A DNA stretch of 64,000 nt, taken from Octopus bimaculoides. Its lineage: Eukaryota. This document shows positions 1 to 10,900 of the stretch, in pieces; the stretch's first letter is position 1, and every line of letters starts with the position of its first letter. The position numbers and the translations under genes were made by a program. Under the pieces are notes generated by a model that searched no databases, was not told the DNA's origin, and saw only the letters and a list, made by a program, of their open reading frames with translations. The stretch is taken from positions 4,238,939 through 4,302,938 of the forward strand of contig NC_068992.1 in assembly GCF_001194135.2 (NCBI RefSeq), in the 5' to 3' direction.

Positions 1-239
1 TATATATAAACACGATTTCCTTCGCTAAATGTTAAATATTAAATAGATATGACTGACGGAGGTATTTCACAAAAAATTTCAGTGTGGAAGAAATTATGTG
101 TAAATGTTTGCATTGATCGCCATGTTTTGTCGATATACAATTCAGCTGCAAATTCAGAAATCAGTGCGATATATATATAGACACACATATATATATATAT
201 AGTAAATCCAAGCAAAGAAGAACAAACATGAAAAAAAAA

Positions 240-360
240 CACACAGCAATACGAGTACGTGATAGATGTAAAGTATTACCAGACGCTCAAGGAAGGAAAG
301 AAGGTTGGTTTTATGTTTCGAGCATAGCTCATCTTCAGAAACAGGAAAATCCAATAGAAA
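240..360 (-). mobile_element. Penelope/retrozyme-like repeat remnant carrying a minimal hammerhead motif (HHR family 3)
   Basis: Minus strand reads GTTT-CTGAAGA-T-GAGC-TAT-GCTC-GAAAC-AT-A-AAAC (342->308). Element boundaries are approximate. Confidence 0.5.
308..342 (-). ncRNA. Minimal type-I hammerhead ribozyme motif, helix III decayed (ACAT instead of ACGT)
   Basis: Core CUGAAGA; 4-bp helix II GAGC/GCUC; GAAAC; helix I GUUU/AAAC; N17=A. Confidence 0.55.
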
Positions 361-734
361 AGAAGACGGAGGAAGAAAATCGCTTACAGTGTGAGTGTGT
401 GTTTGTATGTGTGTGCGTTGTGTGTGTCTGTGTTTATGTATGCTTGTTTGTATACGCATATCTTTGGTAGTATTTGTGTAATTGTGAAGTGTAAATACGC
501 CAGTAGAATCTGATACGTAATTTCTGATCTTTTAGAGACAGCGTTAGTTAATAAAACAGTTATTTGCTGTCCAGAGATATTGTGAAGAGTTATCACCAGA
601 CGGTATAGGCGTCTATAGAATATTTCAAATATCTTTCACTTAATGACGACGTGATTGGAAACTTACTTTTTCAAGCTCTTATACAGATGCAATGATATTT
701 ATAGAAATACAGATACTCTCATGGAGACACATAG

Positions 735-785
<51 letters not shown>

Positions 786-982
786 AACGTATACATACAA
801 ACATACATATATACATACACACACACTCATATATATATGCGTACACACACAAATATATATATGCATACACACGTATATATATTCATACACACATATGTAT
901 AGATACATGTATATATATATGTATATGTATGTATACATAAATACTCAGATGCATATACATAGATATGAATATAAATATACGT

Positions 983-1652
983 ATATACATACATATATAT
1001 ATCTAAATTATTTCCTTCGCTAAATGTTAAATATTAAATAGATATGACTGACGAGACATTTCACCAAGGATATCAATAATATAGCTCATATTTCCAATAA
1101 TCAATACACCACAAACTTTTATTAGTAATGTCTTTGTGATTTTCGTCATCTTAAACTTTAGCACAATATAACATTACATAGATATTATGTTCTACGCTAA
1201 ATGAATATAATACCTCTATATGGATAATATTCATCCATTAATCCGTTCATAATTCATGTTAACGCTTATACTTTTAGATTTAAAATGTTTTNNNNNNNNN
1301 NNNNNNNNNNNNNNNNNNNNNNNNNNNNNNNNNNNNNNNNNNNNNNTATATATACATATATATATCTAAATTATTTCCTTCGCTAAATGTTAAATATTAA
1401 ATAGATATGACTGACGAGACATTTCACCAAGGATATCAATAATATAGCTCATATTTCCAATAATCAATACACCACAAACTTTTATTAGTAATGTCTTTGT
1501 GATTTTCGTCATCTTAAACTTTAGCACAATATAACATTACATAGATATTATGTTCTACGCTAAATGAATATAATACCTCTATATGGATAATATTCATCCA
1601 TTAATCCGTTCATAATTCATGTTAACGCTTATACTTTTAGATTTAAAATGTT
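983..1652. repeat. ~300-bp direct duplication flanking an N-gap (probable assembly artefact)
   Basis: About 983-1291 is repeated essentially identically at 1347-1652, on either side of the gap at 1292-1346. Confidence 0.8.
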
Positions 1653-1670
1653 TTGATACTGGCGTTGCTG

Positions 1671-1738
1671 TGGGTTTTCAGTCCTACTGCATGGTACCTT
1701 AGGCAAGTGTCTTCTATTATAGCCCCAAGCCGACCAAT
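1671..1738 (+). mobile_element. SINE family B fragment
   Basis: GGGTTTTCAGTCCTACTGCATGGTACCTTAGGCAAGTGTCTTCTA...CCGACCAA matches the other B copies (1882, 28300-28421, 29911). Confidence 0.75.
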
Positions 1739-1881
1739 GCAAAAGCAGGGAAGGATATAGAATCATTGCTGGTAAACAGACAGTCAATTACAAGAGAATG
1801 CAGGTTATGGAAACCACTGAAGTTCTGAGTGTCATATTAACTGGGATCAAAGGTTTAGTTAAGCAGTCTCTGCTATATAGC

Positions 1882-1987
1882 GGCTGTGTGGTAAGAAGCT
1901 TGCTTCCCAACAACATGGATCTGGGTTCTGTCCCACTCCGTGGCACTTTGGCGAGTGTCTTCTACTTTGGCCTTGGGTGGACCAAAA
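1882..1987 (+). mobile_element. tRNA-derived SINE family B, 5' part
   Basis: GGCTGTGTGGTAAGAAGCTTGCTTCCCAAC...GGGTTCTGTCCCACT...GAGTGTCTTCTAC with A/B-box-like head; recurs many times in the window. Confidence 0.85.
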
Positions 1988-2135
1988 TGCGCTGTAGTTT
2001 GAGAAGAATCAATATGCCACTTTTATTAGCATCATTTTTCTTAGTTGGAATTTCAAAGCTTTCTCTCCATCCTCGGAAACTTTAACAAATTTGCTTACGT
2101 GGTTAGCCAAAGGTACACCAAATTTAGACAGAAAC

Positions 2136-2349
2136 AATATTCTTTTCTACTCTAGGAACAAGGCTCAAAATTTTTGGGGAACGGGCCAGACGAAGCACCG
2201 CAAGATGTCTCGAATGACGATCTCATAATTCTATTCATCCAGTGCCCCGATCTTTTTTACTTATTTATCGACTTCCAAAGGATAAAATAAAAAGTGGACG
2301 CCGGCGAGATTTGAACGCAAATCTGATGCCCTCACGATTCTGCCAATTC
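2136..2349 (-). mobile_element. tRNA-derived SINE family A (degenerate)
   Basis: Reverse complement matches the family A head GAATTGGCAGAATCG and tail CCTAGAGTAGAAAAGAATATT. Confidence 0.75.
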
Positions 2350-2449
2350 AACCCCCATTCTAGAGATCACCCACTACCATCTGACTCCGCCACATAAAGA
2401 AAAAAGACAAACAAAAAGAAAAAGAGGAATTCTATTAAGAGAGAGGATG

Positions 2450-2805
2450 ATCAAACAGGATTGTTTTTGCCAAGGTTCCCTTCCATTAAAGAGCTGTTCT
2501 GAGCAAAGGGTAAACACCCCGGTCATAAATGGCCTTGAGATTGCACCAAGAAAGTTTCCCTCTTTAGCACAAGTCCAGACAAGGTTGTTTATGGAAAACC
2601 AGTAGTCGCCTCTCTTCATGCCACCGATTTTATCCAAGGGAAAGGCAAAGGCACGAGTGCCATCGCAACTCATTTCTCCAGCTGAGTGAACTGGAGCAAT
2701 GTGAAAATAAAGTATGTTGCTCAAGAATACAACGCACAGCCTGGTCCGGGAACCGAACTCACTACCTCGTGATTGTGAACTCAACGCTCTAACTACTGAG
2801 ACATG
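2450..2805 (-). mobile_element. tRNA-derived SINE family D, tail type 2
   Basis: Minus strand: CAGTAGTTAGAGCG...GAGTTCGGTTCCC head, TTCTTGAGCAA...TTCACATTGCTCCAGTTCACTCAGCTG core, then CCTTTGCCTTTCCCTTGGATAA tail shared with 60575-60848. Confidence 0.85.
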
Positions 2806-3589
2806 AAACAAACGAAAAACAGCCAAAGTATTTTGAAAAATTCATTCTTAAAGACTCCGTGTCTGAAACAAAACGATATAATGGTTAAAGCTTGAATGAA
2901 TGTGTTTGAACAGACTACTGCTAGATTTTGAGCGAAATAACTATGGCCATTAATTCACCTCCAAACAGTCTAAGCATTTATTTTATAGCATCCCACACAC
3001 ATAGTTCCAAATTATTTTCCTCCCCGGCCTCCATTGACTTTCTTCTTTTATATTGTATAATATTTCCATTTTACTTATTTTTAAAGTTATACATTTTCTT
3101 TTTCTTTCAGCGAGCTCTCAAAAGCCACCATGTCACTTTGAAGTGATTTCATAAATAAATATTCTTTAATAGTTCTTATGCGATAATAAAGTCAAGTACT
3201 GCAATGTTGGAAATCATAGAAGGAATTAACAGAAGAGAAATCAAAGAAAAAGAAAGATGGAAAAGAGAAGTAAAAAAACACTGTAAAACTTAGAATGATG
3301 GATTAATAGTTCCATGATTTCTTTTTGAAGCATGAAAAACTGTTTCATACATCGTAGATAAATGTATTTATGTATGTCTTCCGGCGTCGCTGCTGCCGCT
3401 GTTACTGTGGTTGTTGTAGTTGTTATCGTCGTCGCTGTTCATGATTATGATGATGACTAACAGTCTCGTATGTTTTTTTCTTCTTTGAATCATGATAATC
3501 TGTTTCATATGTCGTAGAAGCAGATTTGATTGACGCTGCTGCAGTAATAATTATTGTTGTTGATGTTGTTATCGTTGTTCTTCTTGGTA

Positions 3590-4150
3590 TCCTTCTTACT
3601 GCTTCGGAATAGCTCAAACCCGTCAGCGACCAAAATGCCTCTTCAGGCAGAATATATCTTGGAGTAGAAACCTTCCTGCTATTGTTTAACTTTCGCTCAG
3701 TCCTGGTAGAATACAGGTGCACGCACATGATCGGTCCTTTCACACTGGCCATTCTTCCATCGTTCACCCACCTTTCAACAATCTTGCTACAAGGCAACAC
3801 CTCCCTCTTCACCCTCACCTTCCTTCTCAAGTGAAACTTGAAAAAGTTGATGAGAGCTTGGCCAAGGAGGAAAATCTCTGATTTTAGCCCTTTCAAACGA
3901 GTCCACCATACTACCACTTTCGCTGCAGCCATCAGACAAATAAAAATTGCCTGCTCTTCCCAGCCAAAGGAGGGTGGCAGGGCAATCTTCACAATGGATT
4001 CAGCTGATAGCCGGATCCGTCCTACACGCGACAGCAAGTATTCGACATAAACCCACAGGTCAGCAATGATCGGGCACTGGACGAGGGCGTGCAGAACGGT
4101 TTCGTCGCTCAGTGTGCACCCCGACGACGACGACGATGTTTCTGCCAGTT
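3590..4150 (-). mobile_element. Tx1/L1-clade LINE 3' end (ORF2 C-terminus with zinc-knuckle remnant plus 3' UTR)
   Basis: The frame of ORF 3423..4037 extends upstream to ~4148 and reads C-TLSD-ETVLHALVQCPIIADLWVYVEYLLSRV...AAAKVVVWWTR...LINFFKFHLRRK. ET-x-x-H-x-x-x-x-CP-x5-W is typical of L1/Tx1 ORF2 C-termini. The 5' side is hidden by a gap. Confidence 0.8.
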
Positions 4151-4417
4151 NNNNNNNNNNNNNNNNNNNNNNNNNNNNNNNNNNNNNNNNNNNNNNNNNN
4201 NNNNNNNNNNNNNNNNNNNNNNNNNNNNNNNNNNNNNNNNNNNNNNNNNNNNNNNNNNNNNNATTGGTTCAAAACTATCTCAATAAGTAGGAAGAAAAAA
4301 AAATTAGAAGCTTGAATACCTCTGACTCTATGGAGTTAGCTTGCAAGTAACCATAACTGAATGATCGCTATTTTATTAATTTAGCTTGATTAATAAACAA
4401 GATTACATTGGTATTTC

Positions 4418-4479
<62 letters not shown>

Positions 4480-4696
4480 CGCTCGCTCTTTCTTTTTTTC
4501 ACATGTCTATTGTTTTTTCTTTATTCATTTATTTTTCTTTCATTTGTTCCTATTAGCTTTTCATTAATTTTATTCTGCTTCAAAGTAGAAAGATAATCAC
4601 GCATCATTTCATTTCCAATTGCAAATATGAATTGGCCATATCAATTGGAAAAAAAAAAGAGAATCAATTTACGAAGTAAGACGTCACATTGCAATC

Positions 4697-5099
4697 GTCA
4701 TCATCATCATAAAAAATTAGCTGCAGCATCTTCCACATCATCATCATCATCATCATCAGCAACATACACGTGCTGGTTGTCGTCGTCGTTGTCGCCGTCA
4801 TCGTCCTCCTCCTCCTCATCATTGTTACCTTCCTCCTCCTCCTCCTCCTCCCCTTATCATCATCATCATCATCATCATCATCATACACGTGGTGGTTGTC
4901 GTCGTCGTCATCATCATCGTCATCATCATCGTCATCATCATCATCATCGTCATCATCATCGTCATCATCATCATCATCATCATCGTCATCGTCATCATCA
5001 TCGTCATCGTCATCATCATCGTCATCGTCATCATCATCGTCATCATCATCATCATCGTCAACATCATCATCGTCATCATCATCGTCATCATCATCACCA

Positions 5100-5156
<57 letters not shown>

Positions 5157-5160
5157 TCGT
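4697..5160. repeat. Compound (TCA)n/(TCG)n/(TCC)n trinucleotide array
   Basis: Directly visible; produces the poly-H, D, S and M ORFs in the track. Confidence 0.95.
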
Positions 5161-5339
5161 TATCCACCAGCATCAAACACTTCGGTTTCTCTCTGTTCTA
5201 CGTCCATTGCCACGTTTTATATATGAATTCTTTTATTACTCTTGTTGTTTGTCTCCGTTTGATGTTGCAGCAAACAATAATAATGTCTACTGAGTTATTT
5301 TTAGTTTCCAGTAACATTAATGGTTCTTAAGTCACACAA

Positions 5340-5510
5340 CTAACCCTCTACATGACGCTGATGTGGAACCACCACCGACCGCATTGCCCGCCTGGTGGAG
5401 GGCTGTGAGCGCTTGGCAACACACGAGGTGCCAAGCGTCCCTCCTCGGTTTACGTCTAATCCAGGATTGCAGCTCAGTCAAAGAGACGAGCTGTGGAAGA
5501 GTACATAACA
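5340..5510 (+). mobile_element. Probable 3' end of a non-LTR retroelement with two hairpins and an (AAC)(AAT)n tail
   Basis: Stem CGCTTGGCA/TGCCAAGCG nested in GGAGGG/CCCTCC; second stem CAGCTC-GTC/GAC-GAGCTG; runs directly into an AAC/AAT array. Confidence 0.4.
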
Positions 5511-5515
5511 ACAAC

Positions 5516-5579
<64 letters not shown>

Positions 5580-5639
5580 NNNNNNNNNNNNNNNNNNNNN
5601 NNNNNNNNNNNNNNNNNNNNNNNNNNNNNNNNNNNNNNN

Positions 5640-5716
5640 CTCAAAACGTAGCGACGGGCGAAACACCGCTAAGCATTTCGTCCAGCGCGCTAACGATTCT
5701 GCCAGCTCGCCGCCTT
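5640..5716 (-). mobile_element. SINE family A head
   Basis: Reverse complement AAGGCGGCGAGCTGGCAGAATCGTTAGCGCGCTGGACGAAATGCTTAGCGG. Confidence 0.85.
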
Positions 5717-5718
5717 CC

Positions 5719-5763
<45 letters not shown>

Positions 5764-5764
<1 letters not shown>

Positions 5765-5889
5765 TACGCAAAACACTTTCAATACAGTAAACATAAGAGC
5801 ACCACAGCAAACCACAGCACATACCCAAGGCGCACAGAGCTGCGCTCGGTAGTGAAGTGAAAGTACGTTATAAAAATAAAACTACTGAA
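5764..5889 (+). mobile_element. 5'-truncated R4/Dong-like retrotransposon 3' end inside an (AAT)n array
   Basis: Reads ...R-K-T-L-S-I-Q-stop (5767-5790), then ~100 nt of 3' UTR. (AAT)n lies on both sides (5719-5763 and 5892-5941). Confidence 0.5.
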
Positions 5890-5890
5890 C

Positions 5891-5943
<53 letters not shown>

Positions 5944-6390
5944 CAATAACAATAACAGCAACAACTAAGCAACTAAAATATGGAGAATACACAAGAAATT
6001 AAAAAGACAATATCTGGGTGACAATAATCCGCCATTCAAGTTTCCTTCAATTTTATAACAGTTTCACTTCATACATTTTCGTAAGATTGTTGAGAAAGGC
6101 ATGAACATTACACCATCTTAGTTCCATGTTCCGGCTAAAGTTCGTTTCAATGCCAATCTAATAATAACCGTTATTAATAATTAATAATTGCTGTCCATTA
6201 GATTGGAAGAATGTAAATAAAGACTACAATTGTTATGAAATATTTCGCGGTTAATTTGTTGCTAGGCTGGTTGGTAATTGGAACCCATACAAAGCATAGC
6301 AATAATTATGACAATGTTGATGATAATAATGATGATGATGATGATAACGATGATGATGATGATGTTGATGATAAAAAGAACGGTGTTAAA

Positions 6391-6531
6391 CTTTGGCACA
6401 AGGCCAGCAATTTCGGGGGAGGAGTTAAGTCGATTGAAATGTCCTCTGTGTTGAACTGGTTGTTATTTTATCGACCCCGAAAGGATGAAAGACGAAGTCG
6501 ATCTCATCGGAGTTTGAACTCAGAACGTAAA
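6391..6531 (-). mobile_element. SINE family A fragment
   Basis: GGCACAAGGCCAGCAATTTCGGGGG...TATCGACCCCGAAAGGATGAAAG...TTTGAACTCAGAACGTAAA. Confidence 0.8.
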
Positions 6532-6819
6532 ATAAACTGTGATAAAATTTCAAAATTATAGAAGGTCGAATCTAAAATATGAATGAGAGCAACCAGTGTT
6601 CCTACGTTGATGGAATGACATCATCAGAATTCAATTTTCTGATTTAAGAATAACAAAGAAAAGAGGAGAAAAGAAAGAATAAAAGAAAAAAGAAGGAAGA
6701 AGAATGTTGTGTCTACATCGAAAATCGGTGTGAATAAAATTGGACCAAAAGTTCGAATACAGCATGGAGTGCAGAGAAAGGTACAGGAAGCGATGGTGAA
6801 AGAGTGGTACAACGATAGA

Positions 6820-6976
6820 AAGAGAGATGTATAGCAAGAGAATGAGAGAGAGAGAGAGAGAGAAAAGAGAGAGAGAGAGATGTATAGCAAGAGAATGAGA
6901 GAGAGAGAGAGAGAAAAGAGAGAGAGAGAGAGAGAGAAAAGAGAGAGAGAGAGAGAAAAGAGAGAGAGAGAGAGAG

Positions 6977-7014
<38 letters not shown>

Positions 7015-7213
7015 GAGAAACAAAGAAGAGTGAAGGAGCGATAATATGATAGAGTGAGAGAAAGAAAGAGACAGAAAGGCATATAGGGTAAGAAAGGGGC
7101 GATGTGGTGTAAGAAGGGGAGAGAAAACCTGGGTGAAAACGAGAGAGTGATAGAATTTGAGCTGAGAAAGTAGAGGGAGATGCAGAGTGTGGCTTAGTGC
7201 AGGAGTGAGAGTT

Positions 7214-7252
<39 letters not shown>

Positions 7253-7341
7253 GAAAGAAAGAAAGTGTATTAGAAGGAAGAGAGTTGAAAGAGAGAATGC
7301 AAAGAATGAGAAGACGAGCGAGCAATAGAATAGGAGAGGGT

Positions 7342-7385
<44 letters not shown>
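6820..7385. repeat. GA-rich microsatellite and short-unit tandem repeats
   Basis: (GA)n with a duplicated GATGTATAGCAAGAGAAT unit. Confidence 0.9.
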
Positions 7386-7386
<1 letters not shown>

Positions 7387-8034
7387 TGAGTGAAGGCTGA
7401 GGGAGCATAGAAAAACAGAAGAAGGTTAAAATCTGGAGCATGTTGCAACATTGCAACAAACCTATTGCAATAGGATTCAACATTCAACGTTTTTTCAATG
7501 TGGTTGGCCTTCACCTTTGGTTCTGATTAGCTTTTTTAATACTACACCTCAGTATAACACTNNNNNNNNNNNNNNNNNNNNNNNNNNNNNNNNNNNNNNN
7601 NNNNNNNNNNNNNNNNNNNNNNNNNNNNNNNNNNNNNNNNNNNNNNNNNNNNNNNNNNNNNNNNNNNNNNNNNNNNNNNNNNNNNNNNNNNNNNNNNNNN
7701 NNNNNNNNNNNNNNNNNNNNNNNNNNNNNNNNNNNNNNNNNNNNNNNNNNNNNNNNNNNNNNNNNNNNNNNNNNNNNNNNNNNNNNNNNNNNNNNNNNNN
7801 NNNNNNNNNNNNNNNNNNNNNNNNNNNNNNNNNNNNNNNNNNNNNNNNNNNNNNNNNNNNNNNNNNNNNNNNNNNNNNNNNNNNNNNNNNNNNNNNNNNN
7901 NNNNNNNNNNNNNNNNNNNNNNNNNNNNNNNNNNNNNNNNNNNNNNNNNNNNNNNNNNNNNNNNNNNNNNNNNNNNNNNNNNNNNNNNNNNNNNNNNNNN
8001 NNNNNNNNNNNNNNNNNNNNNNNNNNNNNNNNNN

Positions 8035-8092
<58 letters not shown>

Positions 8093-9113
8093 TGAGAGAC
8101 GAGTGGAAAAGGGAGGGAAAGAACGAGTTGAGAGAAGAGAAGACGAAACTTGAATAACAGACGGAAGCGGAAGTTTAAACGAAAGACACACCCCATCCTC
8201 TACCCCCGAAATGATTAAATAAAAAAAATAGTTGATTAAAAATTACAAAAATCTTATACGTTTATATATGTATTTATGTATATATTTATGTATATACACA
8301 CATGTATGGATAATGTATGTATATATTATGTACTTAGTATGTATTTATGTATGTATGTATGTATGTATGTATGCATGTATTTAATTATATGTGTGTGTGT
8401 GTGTGTTTGTATTATGTATGTACTTAGATAGGTACAATGTACACGTCTATGTATATATCGAAGTATATGTCTATATGTATATGCATGTGTGCGTGTGTTT
8501 TTATTGTTTTAGCTACGAAAGAAAAAGTACTCAATACATGGTGAATCCTTTATGTATTTATTCATTTATTCATTCATTCATTTAATCAATCAATCATTCA
8601 TTCTTTCATTTACTTCACATAATCAAAAGACGAAGCGTCACGTGATCTTAGCTGTAATGAAAGGTGTTGAACGAGAGACATCAAATAGAGAAGCAAAAGG
8701 CACACCGCATACAATGTGTGTGAGTGTGTGTGTGTGCGTGTGTGTGCGCGTGCGTTTGTTTGTCTTTAGCAACGGAGGCAGTTTTAGTTGAAAATAGCAA
8801 TATGTGTATCATACTTAAAAGATACAATATGAAGGATTCTGGAGAGAATTGGGCACTTATATGGTATGCACCCGGTTGGGTTGATTTAACCTGCAAGCAC
8901 CACTTTTAGTCGGATAAATATTCTGGGTACTGAAGTAATCCAGGGAGATGCTTAGGCTGAGCACACAGAGAAAACCTACCACCACGATAATTAACGCTTC
9001 GGGGCTGGCCCCATATTGCACGCTGTGTAGATCACACGGTGTTTGATATACTCTAGGAAGTGCGACAGGTCGCTAATCCCTTTGGTGTATTAATAGCAAA
9101 GAAAACAAAGTAA

Positions 9114-9298
9114 CAGACGATGCTTAGCGGTATTCCGTCTGTCTTTACATTCTGAGTTCAAATCCCGCGAAGCCGACTTTGTTTTTCGTCCCTTCGGGGG
9201 TCGATAAATTAAGTACTAGTTGCGAATTGGAGATCGATCTAATAGACTAGTCCCCTCCCCCAAAATGTTAAGCCTTCTGCCTAGAGTAGAAAAGTATT
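9114..9298 (+). mobile_element. SINE family A (tail type 1)
   Basis: ATGCTTAGCGGTATT...TTCTGAGTTCAAATCC (B box)...GGGGTCGATAAATTAAGTAC...CCTAGAGTAGAAAAG. Confidence 0.85.
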
Positions 9299-9360
9299 AA
9301 TGCTCCAATTAAATATACAATTTCAGATCAAATTGCTCGTTATACAAATCTGCCTTAATA

Positions 9361-9577
9361 ATTCTCTCTACTATAAGAACAAGGCCTGAAATTTTGGGGA
9401 AGGGAATGAGTCGATTACATCGACCCCAGTGTGTAACTGGTACTTAGTTTATCGGTCCCCGAGAGGGATGAAAGACAAAGTCGACCCCGGTGGCGTTAGA
9501 ACTCAGAACGTGAAGACAGACGAAATACCGTTAAGCACTTCGTCCGGCGTGCTAACGATTCTGCCAGCTCACCGCTT
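9361..9577 (-). mobile_element. SINE family A, near full length
   Basis: Reverse complement of the family A sequence from head AAGCGGTGAGCTGGCAGAATCG to tail. Confidence 0.9.
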
Positions 9578-10292
9578 TCACAAATCCATCTTAATAATAG
9601 TCTGAACTCCTTTGGAGTTTTTGTTTTCTAATTAGAGGGGAGGGGGTAAGCTCAGTTATTAAAACCCTACAGTGTGTTTTGTGTGCAAAATACGCCTTTG
9701 AGGTATATTCCAGCTGCTCTGTTGTTCATAACAATGAGCTTCCGGCGTAGAGTGGAATATCATTCATGTATTAAAACAGACAAACAAAGAAATTATGTTT
9801 TTAAGCAAGTTAAGATGCCTACAGGAATATTCCTGATAGAAATGGAGGTTGGATAGTTGAAGATGAGGTGGGAAACAAGGAAAAATAAATGAATATATTA
9901 TTTTATGTCAAACATATTGAAATGAACAATGGTATTCACTGAAAGAAGAAAACACGAAGCAATGCTTGATGGAACAATAAAATGAAGTTTTTCTTAAGAA
10001 ATTTACAAGAAAATATTTGAAACGAAAACAAAGTAATCTAAAAAAGGTTTGAAAATTTAAAAATGAATAAACAAATGAATAAATAAATAAAATGATGTTT
10101 TTAAATCGAGTATAAAAGTTTGAAATATTAACAATAGCGATGATTTTGAAATATTAATGAAACGAAAAGAATTATATGAAATATAGAAAAACACGAAAGT
10201 AAACACAATTTATTGCTAGCAGAAAAGAAAAAAAAAAAGACCTTTTGTTTGTGCAAGTAATGAATAAATTTATATACTGCCTTTAACTCATA

Positions 10293-10628
10293 AGGGAGCG
10301 AATCGGCAGAGCCGTTAGAACGCAGATTAGAATACCTTGTTTTATTTGCTCTGGTTCTCAGCACTCCAAGTTCAACTGACATCGAAGTCGATGTTACACC
10401 CTGTCCACTTTCATCGTAAAGTATCAATTAAAAAGAAGGTTCCAGGTTCCAGGTAGGATCATTGAAAACGCAGCCTCGGTAATCGTTCTCGCTTTCTTAA
10501 TGGCATCTAAAGTATACTTGACTACATTACTACCTCAAAATATAATTATAGCTCCACCGAGGTTGACTTTGCTTTTCCTCCTTTCGGGGTCGATAAATTA
10601 AGTACCAGTTGAGCCTAAAGTAGAAAAG
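10293..10628 (+). mobile_element. Two degenerate SINE family A fragments (~10293-10435 and ~10553-10628)
   Basis: GGCAGAGCCGTTAG head-like sequence; CCGAGGTTGACTTTGC...GGGGTCGATAAATTAAGTACCAGTTG joined directly to CCTAAAGTAGAAAAG. Confidence 0.65.
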
Positions 10629-10644
10629 AAAGTTTAAAAGGCGG

Positions 10645-10683
<39 letters not shown>

Positions 10684-10846
10684 GCTGTCAATCTAGCTGT
10701 GAATACCAATGGTTCTCAAGCGGGGTCTATATGGCCCAGAGGCCATATAGAATTTCAATACAGAATTTCATTGCCTTCAGTGTCTGGTGCCTATGCGTTT
10801 TTGTCTAAGACAGGATGTGTGCATGTTCGTGTGAATGTGTAGAGCA

Positions 10847-10900
<54 letters not shown>

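Noticed and set aside
983-1652. ~300-bp tandem duplication
   Set aside because: Identical copies directly flank an N-gap, which is typical of an unmerged contig overlap.
4627-5330. Long poly-H, D, S, T and I ORFs
   Set aside because: They are translations of trinucleotide microsatellites, open in several frames on both strands, with no splice or domain evidence. The same applies to 24557-25356 and 41499-41922.
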